In this document: positions 39,377 through 50,127 of the stretch, piece by piece
How the letters are laid out: each line of letters opens with the position of its first letter
How positions within the stretch are numbered: position 1 is the first letter of the stretch
Source of the DNA: Octopus vulgaris
Taxonomy: Eukaryota
Reading direction: 5' to 3'
Assembly: GCA_951406725.2 (NCBI GenBank)
Contig: OX597816.1
Coordinates: forward strand, 82,460,001-82,524,000
DNA length: 64,000 bases
The notes under the pieces: generated by a model
Told to the model about the DNA's origin: nothing
The model's database searches: none
The model's input: the letters and a program-made list of their open reading frames with translations, nothing else
Position numbers and translations under genes: made by a program

Positions 39377-39613
39377 GGAGAGTCATTCTGTTTTAATGCC
39401 TTATTAACACACACACCAGTTTTATTTCCACTTGTTTATTTTTTTCTAAAGTTTTCGTCACTTCTTGCAACCGCTTCAATAGTCGTTAACTCTTAACGAC
39501 TACTGAAGAGATTGCAAGAAGTAACAAAAATTTTATAAAAAAATAAGTAAATGAGTGGAAATCGAACTGATGAGTGCGTTAATTAATAAGGCATTGAAAC
39601 AGAATGACTCTCC
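39377..39613. repeat. Long inverted repeat (~115-bp arms, 3-nt loop), possibly Penelope-like
   Basis: ggagagtcattctg...agtcgttaa-ctc-ttaacgact...cagaatgactctcc; the arms are reverse complements along their length with scattered mismatches. Confidence 0.85.
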
Positions 39614-41555
39614 CCAAACACAATAATCAAAATCTCTTTTCTATATAACCAAATGGTTAAACTCAGTCTTCAATAATGGAATTGGAAATACAAGACAAGT
39701 TGTTACCATGACAATCTGAACTTAGAGCAGCCAATGATTCACAACTTTGGTAAAACGTGCTGTATAGACCAGAATATTTGCTTACGAGTAATGATACTAT
39801 TCAGTCAGTCACTGTTGGTGCTGAAAATGCATTACTGGATTTCTACCCATACTACTTCTCACATGTTCACAAAATGGTTGCTTTCTGACGAAAGTAACAA
39901 GCCTTTAAACAGTACCCTTAAAATGTTTTTGATACCAGACTGTTTCTAGATTTCTAACTTATCTCAAAATCAGTACAACAGACAACACAAATCAAAATTT
40001 TTATTTCTAGAATCATACTAAAATAGTATATAGAAGGTAGTTTAAAAAAAAATTTAAGTGATTTAGTTAGTCGTGCAAGCTTGATAAGCCTTTATTCATC
40101 TGAAGTGATATATAAAATGTCTCAAAGAAGCCATTCTTCATTTATTCATCTAAAGTGGATACACATATGCACACACATATATATATATATATATAGTAGA
40201 TATAAAATGTCTCAAAGAAGCCATTCTCCCAAGCAAGGTATATTGACTAACTTATTCTATAAATAGCAGAACATATTAAAAAATGAAACAAGACTACAAG
40301 AGAATTTAAAAATAGAGAGAAATTGATGCATATCTTTAATGAGAATTCCAGATTAAGAGTTTGTTGAAATCTCAACATACATAGTGTTGTATAAAGGTGT
40401 GTTTTAGCAGTTGTAGTACACATGACAATGAACACATAATACCTGTAATATCTAGAAAGAAAATCTGACGATAAAATTATTCTAGACTATAAATCTGTAA
40501 AACAGTTTGAGTATAGTTGAACTGAGACATAATTAGAAATAATAATAATTATTATTAGAGTGTAGTGGAAATAATATCACACAGACATAGCTAACAATAT
40601 GCTTTGGTGATGAGTAATAAAGTAAGAGAAAATCTACATTTGTATGCAGCAAGCAATGACTATGAAAATAAAGTTGGAGTTTTGACACTAATAAATCCAT
40701 GTGTAGAATTGATTATTGAAGTATACTGACTGCAGTACCAATGTTGCTTTTGATGGTAGATTTTAAAAATAACAGGTGACTATGAATTTAATTTCACCAA
40801 TTAAATGGCTCTTCCTCTGACACAGAATAGGCAAATTTATAGTTTCACATATTCTAAAGCACAGCTTGCAACATAAAAAAACTTTATACTTTAGAATGTC
40901 CTAAATTTTACACAATATTTTACAAATGAATTTTAATGTTCACAAAATGAAGTACTGAAGTTATCTAAATAAGTAAATGAATGAACATTATGATGAAGGC
41001 TAGCAGTTTTTATTTTCAAACTGATTTTCTTAGAATTTATTCATCTCAAAAGCTAGGGTAGTGCACAAACATTTAAGCTCTCTTAAATTAATGGTAAATT
41101 CTAAGTAGGTGAAATGAATGTAGTTAATATTTTTTGTTTTGTATTATTATGGAATACCAATAGAAAGAGAGCATTGGAGTAAAATTCCTGATTGAGTAGA
41201 GTCTAGTCACATATAATAACAAAAGGTCAAGAAATATAGGTAGAGCTACCATAAAACTGGAGAGTTTAGAAGAACAAGCACTATAGTAACAGTATAAAAG
41301 TCAGAAAAGATAGTTTGATGAAAGATAAATATATTGCAGAATATTAACAAATGAAGCCATGTCCACCAAAGGAAAAGGTTTTTCTTAAATGTATGCATAA
41401 GTCTGCACATGTTCAAAAGTGTGTAGTGTACACTGTTCAACTCACACAAGCATTATGTAGGGTAAAATTAGTCATGTCATTACAGTTAAGTAAAACTTAC
41501 TTGTAATGAAGACTAGACTAATTTGCTTTTGTTGGCGGCAAGATTATATAATTAA

Positions 41556-41732
41556 CCTTTTTGATAATTTACTCACCTGAGACTTCCTGTTTTAAAGTGA
41601 TCTAAATTAAGAACTTCCGTCAAAATTTCCTGTTAATTTGTTCCAAATATCAGATGAATAATGACAAAACTATTCATTAGATTGTCATTTTAAAAATTAT
41701 TTGAAGCAAAGGCAGTGTATTTCTACATAAAT
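41556..41732 (+). mobile_element. Truncated piggyBac-derived MITE
   Basis: TTAA-cctttttgata start; shares agacttcct.ttttaaagtgatctaaattaa and agtgtatttc with 2368-2588. Confidence 0.65.
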
Positions 41733-41741
41733 ACACTACTA

Positions 41742-42380
41742 ACATCATCATTTAACATCTATCTTCCATGCTGGCATGGATTGGATGTCTTAACAGGAGC
41801 TGACAAACCAGAAAGCTGCACCAGACTCCATTGTTTGTTTTGGAATGGTTTCTATGACTGGATGCCCTTTACAGAATGTACTGGGTGCTTTTTACATGGC
41901 ACCAACACCAGCAGAATCACCAAGTAACTTGTAGGACAAAGATCTCACTGCTGAGTGCTAGGTGAGAGGTTAGAGTAATAATATACAAAGATATGTCTTA
42001 TTATAGAGGAGAGTGGAGGGGCTTGCAGCAGGTGATGATCATGGCTGATGGGAAGAGGGAGTATTGGGAAGATGGGCTGTGGGGGAGTTTTGACAGAGGG
42101 CAGATTGTGTATGTGCATGGGAAGGGGTCTATGGTCATAAACAACATGCCTGTATGTATGGATGACCACAATTTTACTTAATTTGATGGGTCTTCTCAAA
42201 CAGTAAATTGCCAAAAGTCTTGGTTCGTTGTCATTTTTTCTATGAGATTCAACATCTGAAGATCATTTCTCACCACTTCATCCCATGTTTCCCTTGTCTA
42301 CCTCTTCCACAGGTTCCCTCCACAATTAGAGATTGGCACTTCTTTATGCAGCTGTCCTTATCCATGCACAACACAGCATG
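41742..42380 (-). mobile_element. Degenerate RTE LINE 3' end
   Basis: Tail catcatcatttaacatc..ccatgctggcatgg; the minus strand near 42200-42375 encodes MDKDSCIKKCQSLIVEGTCGRGRQGKHG... Confidence 0.75.
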
Positions 42381-42542
42381 TATTATAAATCCCAAAATAG
42401 CCTTTTCTACAGAAAAGGAAATGGCCTTGAAATGTCTGCTGCTTTGTTGACCACTCAGCTGACAATAAATCTAGCTATTACAAGTAAATTCTAGCTAATG
42501 ATGAATTCAAATAGCTATTTGCTCTAAGTGTGTATGCACATA

Positions 42543-42544
<2 letters not shown>

Positions 42545-42590
<46 letters not shown>

Positions 42591-42606
42591 CATACATACA
42601 TACATA
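42545..42606. repeat. (TA)n plus (CATA)n microsatellite
   Basis: Directly visible run adjoining a SINE. Confidence 0.9.
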
Positions 42607-42765
42607 TGACAGGCTTCTGTACAGCTTCCATCAGCCAAATTTCACTCATATGACATTAGTTGATTTGAGGCAATTTTAGAAGACTCTTACCCAAGATGTG
42701 ATGTAGAATCAAGCCCAAAACCACATAGCTGCAAAGTGAACTTAATCACACAGCCATGCCAGTGC
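42605..42765 (-). mobile_element. Degenerate tRNA-headed SINE
   Basis: gacaggcttct..ccaaatttcactcata..cttaatcacacagccatgcc matches the family in reverse. Confidence 0.6.
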
Positions 42766-44349
42766 CTAAATATAGTAAATAAGATGTATCTTGGCATTTT
42801 ATAGGATCAAGTAGCAAAGAAAAACCTAACCAGGATCACATCTCTTCAGCTCCTGTTACAGAAAGATATGAACTCAAAACTAAATAAATTAATCACTCAT
42901 CAAGTATACAATATTTTAGTTAGAAAGCTGATATCATAACTTTGCCAACTTTAGCTCTCATTTCTATGTATGTAGTCTGATTATAAATAATATTAAATTG
43001 AATAATCACAATGAAAACCAATGAACAAACTTTAAAAAACCATCAAAGCATGACCAATGACATTGCCATTATATCTTTAACCGGTTTTCTTTTTTGAAAG
43101 GATTTATAATTAGATTACAAAACTTCTAAATTTAATAGATTATTGAAACTTTATCTAAATGTTTATATGTGCTAATACTGGTTTAGACAAAATCAATTTC
43201 ATAAATACAGACACTGATTGGAATTTTATTTCTACATAAAAGATAAACTGGGGGAGAAAAAGACCCCAATTTCAAAAAGACAAGATAGTCACAGATGGAA
43301 TGCCTTTAATCATAATTCTACTCAAACAGGCCCGACTTTCTAGATTAAACAACCTCTTTTCACTAGTATAAACCTTGTTAATCAGACAGAGCCAACACCC
43401 AATTATTTGTATAATGTGATTTATGTTCACCACAGTAGCTCCCACCACCACTGTTCTTTATCTTTCTCAACCAACTTAAGATTACATTTTATGAACTTCT
43501 TAAACACAAAATTCTAGTCAAAAAACCTCAAAATATTTAAATTCAAGAAATTAAGACACTTATTCCAGTGCAATGTTTTTGACACAGGTTAAAATCTTAA
43601 TGAATGTTAGACAACACTTAGTTTGCCAGGAATTTACTACTACAATTCAATGTCACACTAACCAGAAGTATTAATTCTAAAACCATTACTAGAACTACAA
43701 TAGTTCAAAGCAACTAAAAGAATGGATAACATTGTCACTATCAACAAGCAAATATTTAAAAGTGGATAGGGGAGTATTAAACAACAGATGATAGGATTGA
43801 AAAGAACCAAAATACATTTCAAATATAGCAGGATGGAGGAATGTAAAATTGTTGACTTGGCTTAAAATGAGTTGCTTTTAATGTAAGAGTGAACTGCTTT
43901 TTAAATAGCTTAAGTAAAATGAAGATGAACTTTGTGCACTAATACAGAATTAAATTGTTAGAAGTGTACCATAAGCATTTACAGCAGCTTACTGCTAGAA
44001 TAGCTAAAGATTAAACATCATGAACTACATAAATGGTTCACTTTGTTACTGACGTTAGTGAAAGCATGATGGCTAGAATTTGAAGAGAAAGAAAATTAAG
44101 AAATATGATCTGCACTAGCAACAAAGAATTTCTTCTCAGGGTATTAAAAGTCATTTGACCAATAGAAGCAAAGAGATCCATAAAAAATTTTCTCAGCTGT
44201 TTAAAAATGAGTTACATGGCAGCAGATTTTAAAAGAAAGAAAGAAATCAAGACACATTCATTTAAAATTTCCTTTGACTACTGTCTCAGAAGACAGCTAA
44301 AGCAGAGCTGCACAACTATGAACTTAAAAGGAATCACCAATCAAAAAGA

Positions 44350-44510
44350 CAGGTTGTGTGGTAAGAAGTTTGTTTCCTAACCACATGGTCCTGGATTTAG
44401 TCCCACTGTGTAGTATCTTGGGCAAAGGTCTTCTGTAGTCTCCAGCCAACCAAAGCCTTGTGAGTGAATTTGGTAGACGAAAACTGAAAGATGCCCATCA
44501 TGTATATATA
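44350..44510 (+). mobile_element. tRNA-headed SINE head and core (interrupted)
   Basis: ggttgtgtggtaagaagtttg..tagtcccactgtg..ttgggcaa..ccttgtgagtgaatttggtagacgaaaactgaaag followed by the TA linker. Confidence 0.8.
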
Positions 44511-44517
44511 TATATAT

Positions 44518-44795
44518 CATCATCATCGTTTAACGTCCGCTTTCCATGCTAGCATGGGTTGGCCAGTTCAACTGGGGTCTGGGAAGCCAGAAGGCTGCAC
44601 CAGGCCCAGTCTGATCTGGCAGTGTTTCTACAGCTGGATGCCCTTCCTAATGCCAACCACTCTGTGAGTGTAGTCGGTGCTTTTTACGCGCCACCGGCAC
44701 AGGTGCCAGGTGAGGCTGGCAAATGGCCACGGTCGGATGGTGCTTTTTACTTGCCACCGGCACAGAAGCCAGTCAGGGCGGCACTGGCATCACAG
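44518..44795 (-). mobile_element. RTE 3' tail insertion
   Basis: catcatcatcgtttaacgtccgctttccatgctagcatggg..ctacagctggatgcccttcctaatgccaaccac is the reverse complement of the tail at 49600-49823. Confidence 0.85.
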
Positions 44796-44832
44796 CTACA
44801 AATTCCACTGATGTTGATATATATATATAAAT

Positions 44833-47691
44833 CTGTGGTGACTCTGGCACTCAGGCTTAGCCTGAGTATAACTTTAGTAAAGTGAATGTGTATTTGCAAG
44901 CTGATTCCATTTCTGCCAACACTGACCTCAAACATGCAATTGCAGCCACTAATTCAGGCTCCTTTTATTGAGCCTGGTCACAGTTCATTTATTTTCATTC
45001 GGCGTCTGGCAGTTGTCTTAGAGGTGTCCTGTGTCAAAAAATATCATTCATAGCAGACATTCTCTCGACATCATTCACATGCACCTGACTCAGGCTCAGA
45101 AGTTACAGCCCTAGTTGTTATCTATAATTATAAAAATTAAAAGTAATTCAAATTCAATGTTTTCTTGAAACAATAAATTTCTATAGAGATTAGGATTTAA
45201 ATTCCAATCTATGAAAAGTTTCTGTTCTACAACATTCTTAAAGAAACAAAAAAATTATCCAGCAACTCAGGCTAATACAAACAAGCCTGGTAGGTGTAAA
45301 GGACTAACCGACATTTCTTATCAAGAGTACAGGCGACAGTCAGATTGCTGGTGTTTGTTGTGCAATCCGCTTTTATTATTTGACTGTGGTTATTCTGTGC
45401 ATCTGTGTGTAATGATCAGTTGTTGTGGATGGTTGCCTTATTTTTACCCTAGAAGCTATTTGGAGCTAGAAATATTGCAGAAAAGCATGAAATTCTTCAA
45501 GCAGGTAGGCTGACTCCTCCATTGAAAACTAAAGCTGGAACTCGAACATTCCAGATAAAATGATATGAAGTGATTTATTAGCTTTGTGCAAGTAGCATCA
45601 CAGAGAAACTCTACTGCTGGCCACGTTTGTTGTTTCAACCAAAACCTAATCAGTCATGGACAGTTGGAGGCTATAATAATTATAAAAACATCCAGAGTGA
45701 CCATAAGCATCACAGTAAATCAGTGAGCCATTTAAGTAGTTATAAAAGCTTGAAAACTTTCGAACTGTATGACATTGTGACAGCTACTAGTGAGTCTGCT
45801 AAACTGGAAAAAGAATGGCATAACAAAGCAACTGAAGAAAATAGACAATACTTAAAGCAGTTAACAAATGCAGTGCTATACCTGCGTAAACAAGAGTTAC
45901 CTTTACGTGGACACGATGAAGGAAGTCACAGCCTTAATAGAGGAAATTACCATTAACTGCTGCAGTGCTTTGCTGAAATCAACAGCATGTTTGCTTCTAG
46001 ACTTTCTACTAAAGAGTGGTTGAAACAGTTTTCAGGAGTCTCAAGTCCAATACAAAATGACCTAATACAAGCGATTGGAAATGTCGTCTGATGAAATTAG
46101 AAGTGAAGTTGATAAAGTTCTGTTTATGTCTGTACAAGCCGACAAAACTACAGACTGTGCAATGCATGCCCAACTGTCGACCATAAGATATATGAAGACA
46201 AAAGATGTGAACGGTTTCTTGGATTCTGTGAAGTCAGTGATGATAAAAGTGCTACAAGACTGGCTGATGTGATTGCAACTGTGTTGAACTCCTTCAGTGA
46301 CACTACAGATAAATTAGTGAGCCAGACTTATGACAGAGAAGCTGTAAAGGCAGGAATGCTAAACGGAGTACAGAGCAAGCTAAGGGATAAAGGATTCACA
46401 GCTATGCATATAAACTTGACTTAGTCTTGAGTAAAAGTGCTGAGAATGTAAGTGAAGTAGAAATGTTTTTCTCTCATTTACATGTATTTCATAAATTTAC
46501 ATCTTCCAGTACCAAATGGAAAAAGTTTACAGGCAGTTAAATGTCAGTATTCCATCACTGTGCAAAACAAGATGGTGCTATAGATCAAGAACTGTGTGAT
46601 CCATAAAACTATTGCATGAAAACTTGAAAAATGCCTTCACAAGTATTCTCGGCTTTAGAGATGATGATACACTTTGTCAAACAGACTCTCTATTGGCAAA
46701 GAATTATTTCACATTCATGTTTTTCATCAATTGCTTTCATAACAAAATTTCTCTGGCTGGAAAAGTCTTTGAGATCCTACAGCATAAAACATGGTCAGAG
46801 TAAACTAAATAACTTCATTCGTTGTGTTGAAGGTTATTGTAAGGAGGAAAATTATAAAAACATTCTGAGCAATACAGCTGGTGTCATTGAACAGGCAGAT
46901 GAATCAGATCCTCCTCTTAGAACTGTCCTCAGAAGTGCACAATTTAATTATAAAACTACCTATTTTGAAATAATTGATAACATTCTAATGTCCTTACAAG
47001 AGAGATTTTCAGGCATTCAGGAGAATGCATTTTTTAAATTACTAGACATTAATAAGTGTGAAGAGTTTGCTAAATTGTTTCCCATGCAACATATGGACTC
47101 TCTAGAAAAGAAATATTCCTGTATTTTTTACTGTAAGAGCTAAGTGAACAAGCTAAAATATATGTATATTGATGGTGATTTCAAAAAGTGTAAGTCAATC
47201 AACTACATTTTAGAATTACTATATAAATTGGAGTTGACTTCCACTATGCCAAAATCCATTAAACTAATTTAGCTAGTGCTGACCATCCCCTTAACATCAG
47301 TCACTAATGAGAGAAGTTTTTCAATGTTGGATAGAATCAGCTCGTATCTGAGAAGCACAATGGCCCAAGAATAGCTGGCTTCACTGGCTCATATTTCCAT
47401 TGAGAAAAGCATTTTGAACGACCTGGAAAACAAGGAGCTACATGACAGGGTATTACACGAGTTTGCTATGAAACCAAGATGACTGGAGTTCATGTATAAA
47501 TGAAGTAATTTTTATATTAAAACTATATTTCTGTGACATTCTTTCATTAGAAGCAGCAAACTTGCTTACTGGTGAATTACCAGTGCACATATGTCAGCGG
47601 TGTGCACTACATCTCTTACCTTCTTTTATTTATGTCTTATGCAAAATCTGTGATGAGCCCAAGTGACGCTCATGGCCTGGAGTTGCCTCTG
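44833..47691 (+). mobile_element. Decayed hAT DNA transposon (ZMYM1/TTF-type transposase)
   Basis: Putative TIRs ctgtggtgactctgg (44833-44847) and ctggagttgcctctg (47677-47691) bracket a hAT transposase pseudogene. The TSD is only a 5/8 match. Confidence 0.8.
45500..47503 (+). pseudogene. hAT transposase pseudogene
   Basis: KLYCWP.LLF, QELPLRGHDEGSHSLNRGNY, SSPIQNDLIQAI, SVQADKTTD, ERFLGF, SQTYD, KTRW, and dimerisation motif LTIPLTSVTNERSFSMLDRISSYLRSTMAQE*LASLAHISIE. Many stops and frameshifts. Confidence 0.92.
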
Positions 47692-48720
47692 AGATGGATA
47701 TATATATGTATGTGTGTGTGTGTGAAGGTCTTTGTATCTATCACCAGGCATTATCACACAGCTTCAAGATTTTGATGATGTGGTTGTTTATTTTTAGAAT
47801 GACATTATGGGATAGGTGAGAGAAGTCAGATCTGACTGGTTTAATCATAAAACAAAGTAGAATATTTGGGCCTGATATGGTTGGTTCAAATACTAACATT
47901 GCCAAAATAAGTTAGTGACATACTGCATTGATGAACACTGGAAGCTCTAGTCAATACCTCTAACTCCATAATTAAGCTTCTTGACCTTTTCACAACCAAG
48001 CTCCTGAACACTTTGTAACCTCTACATTAGGTTCCTGAACCAATTTTTAAAATACATTTTCAAACATAACCACTTTCAGAGTCACACAGTAGAATTGTTT
48101 TGATTATTTGAGTAATATTTATTGAAATATTATTTGAATATAAGTTTGTTAGATATCCTCATCAAATATTTATTCACAGAAATGCTTGAATTTTCCTATA
48201 GATGAACATTAGACGTGTTTTGTGGAAATTATTGCACTTTTCTAACTGTGATAAACTGGTTCTTGGGTATAGTGTTTTCAAACCCTGGGATTTCACAAAT
48301 TTGCAAGTCTTTGAATCACCAATAATATTCATACCTATCATTTTTATACAGAAGGAGTTCTATTGTTGCTCTATGTTCAAAGAATGCTTTCAGTTCTTCC
48401 AATGAAATAATTTTTCCACAAAAATTCTTTGCAATATACTTCCAGTCTGGTATGCATTCTCAACCAAAATCAAATTCCATAACTCATCTCTGAATAAAGA
48501 GAAGCCAGCTTGAGTACTTTCTGCATTTCTTACTTGGGTCTGGTGGTAGGTTGGTTGGTAGAAAACAGACATTCAACAAGTGTATTAGCTACCTAGTCCC
48601 TCCCAGAGAGAGTGAGGAAGTTTGTCTGGTCCTTTAGGTAGCACCATGACTATCATACTTCCTATCTGGTGCACTTACTGGGGTGTCTTGTATCTTTGCA
48701 ACACCTTGGGCAAGTATGTA

Positions 48721-49821
48721 TTGAGAGAAATGTTGTACCTAAGAAGCATCAGTTGTGGTGTGCAAGAGAGACGATTGCGCTGGTATGGTCATGTGGCGAG
48801 AATGGATGAAGATAGGTGTGTGAGAAAGTGCCAATCCCTAGCAGTTGAGGGAACCCGTGGAAGAGGTAGACCCAGGAAAACCTGGGACGAGGTGGTGAAG
48901 CACGACCTTCGAACTTTAGGCCTCACTGAGGAAATGACCAGAGACCGAGACCTTTGGAAATATTCTGTACGTGAGAAGACCAGGCAGGACAAGTGAGCCC
49001 AGCCCACTTATGAATGCCTTTCCTCCCTTGGACACAAAGACCGGTTGAGGCAAGCGAAGTCGATATAGAACCTCATCCGACGACAGACACCCATGCCAAC
49101 CCCCCATGCTTGCGAAGACATGTTGGGGCAAGCGAAATCGAAATCGAAACCGAATTGAACCAGCCAGGATCCCTGGCCTGGTGGTACGTAAAAAGCACTA
49201 TCCGACTCGTGGCCGTGGCACGTAAAATACTCCAATGCGACCGTACGACAGGCACCCATGCCAATCCCCTTTGCTTGTGAAGACATGTTGGGGCAAGCGA
49301 AATCGAAATCGAAATCGAATTGAACCAGCCAGGATCCCTGGTCTGATGGTACGTAAAAAGCACTATCCGACTCGTGGCCGTGGCACGTAAAATACTCCAA
49401 TGCGACCGTACGACAGGCACCCTTGCCAACCCCTTTGCTTGTGAAGACATGTTGGGGCAAGCGAAATCGAAATCGAATTGAACCAGCCAGGATCCCTGGT
49501 CTGGTGGTACGTAAAAAGCACTATCCGACTCGTGGCCGATGCCAGCACCGCCTCGACTGGCTTCCGTGCCGGTGGCACATAAAATACACCAATCTGACCG
49601 TGGCCGTTGCCAGCCCCGCCTGGCACCTGTGCAGGTGGCACGTAAAAAGCACCCACTACACTCACGGAGTGGTTGGCGTTAGGAAGGGCATCCAGCTGTA
49701 GAAACATTGCCAAATTTAGACTGGAGCCTGGTGCAGCCTTCTGGCTTCCCAGAACCCCGGTCGAACCGTCCAACCCATGCTAGCATGGAGAACGGACGTT
49801 AAACGACGATGATGATGATGA

Positions 49822-49823
<2 letters not shown>
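48721..49823 (+). mobile_element. Young 5'-truncated RTE LINE with tandemly repeated 3' UTR
   Basis: ORF end ..GVQERRLRWYGHVARMDEDRCVRKCQSLAVEGTRGRGRPRKTWDEVVKHDLRTLGLTEEMTRDRDLWKYSVREKTRQDK* (stop at 48996); (gat)n tail; CpG-rich. Confidence 0.93.
49080..49537 (+). repeat. ~165-bp tandem repeat (about 2.7 copies) in the RTE 3' UTR
   Basis: gaagacatgttggggcaagcgaaatcgaaatc recurs at 49114, 49279 and 49443 (periods 165 and 164). Confidence 0.92.
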
Positions 49824-49863
<40 letters not shown>

Positions 49864-50127
49864 AGAGAGAGAGAGAGAGAGAGAGAGCTAAGATTATTTG
49901 CCAACATAACATGGCAGTCCTGGCTATATGACACAATCTGTAATCTTATATTTTTTATAAGGACACAGATGGTGTCATATAACCAGCTGGAGACGATGTC
50001 TCCTGGGGCTAAATTACAACAGTCAACCTAAACCAAGACTGCCAAGTTATGTTGGCAAATCTTTACTCTAGAGTACTGTTGCTGAATATCTCTCTTTGAG
50101 AGATTTACAAATAGTAATTCTATATAT

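Noticed and set aside
48180-48600. Coding-looking stretch with short ORFs on both strands
   Set aside because: No motif I could assign; possibly an old transposon fragment, needs BLASTX.
49008-49773. Overlapping 88-150 aa ORFs with repeated peptides and a CRISPR-like periodicity
   Set aside because: Products of the 165-bp tandem repeat in an RTE 3' UTR; whole units repeat with no unique spacers and no cas genes.
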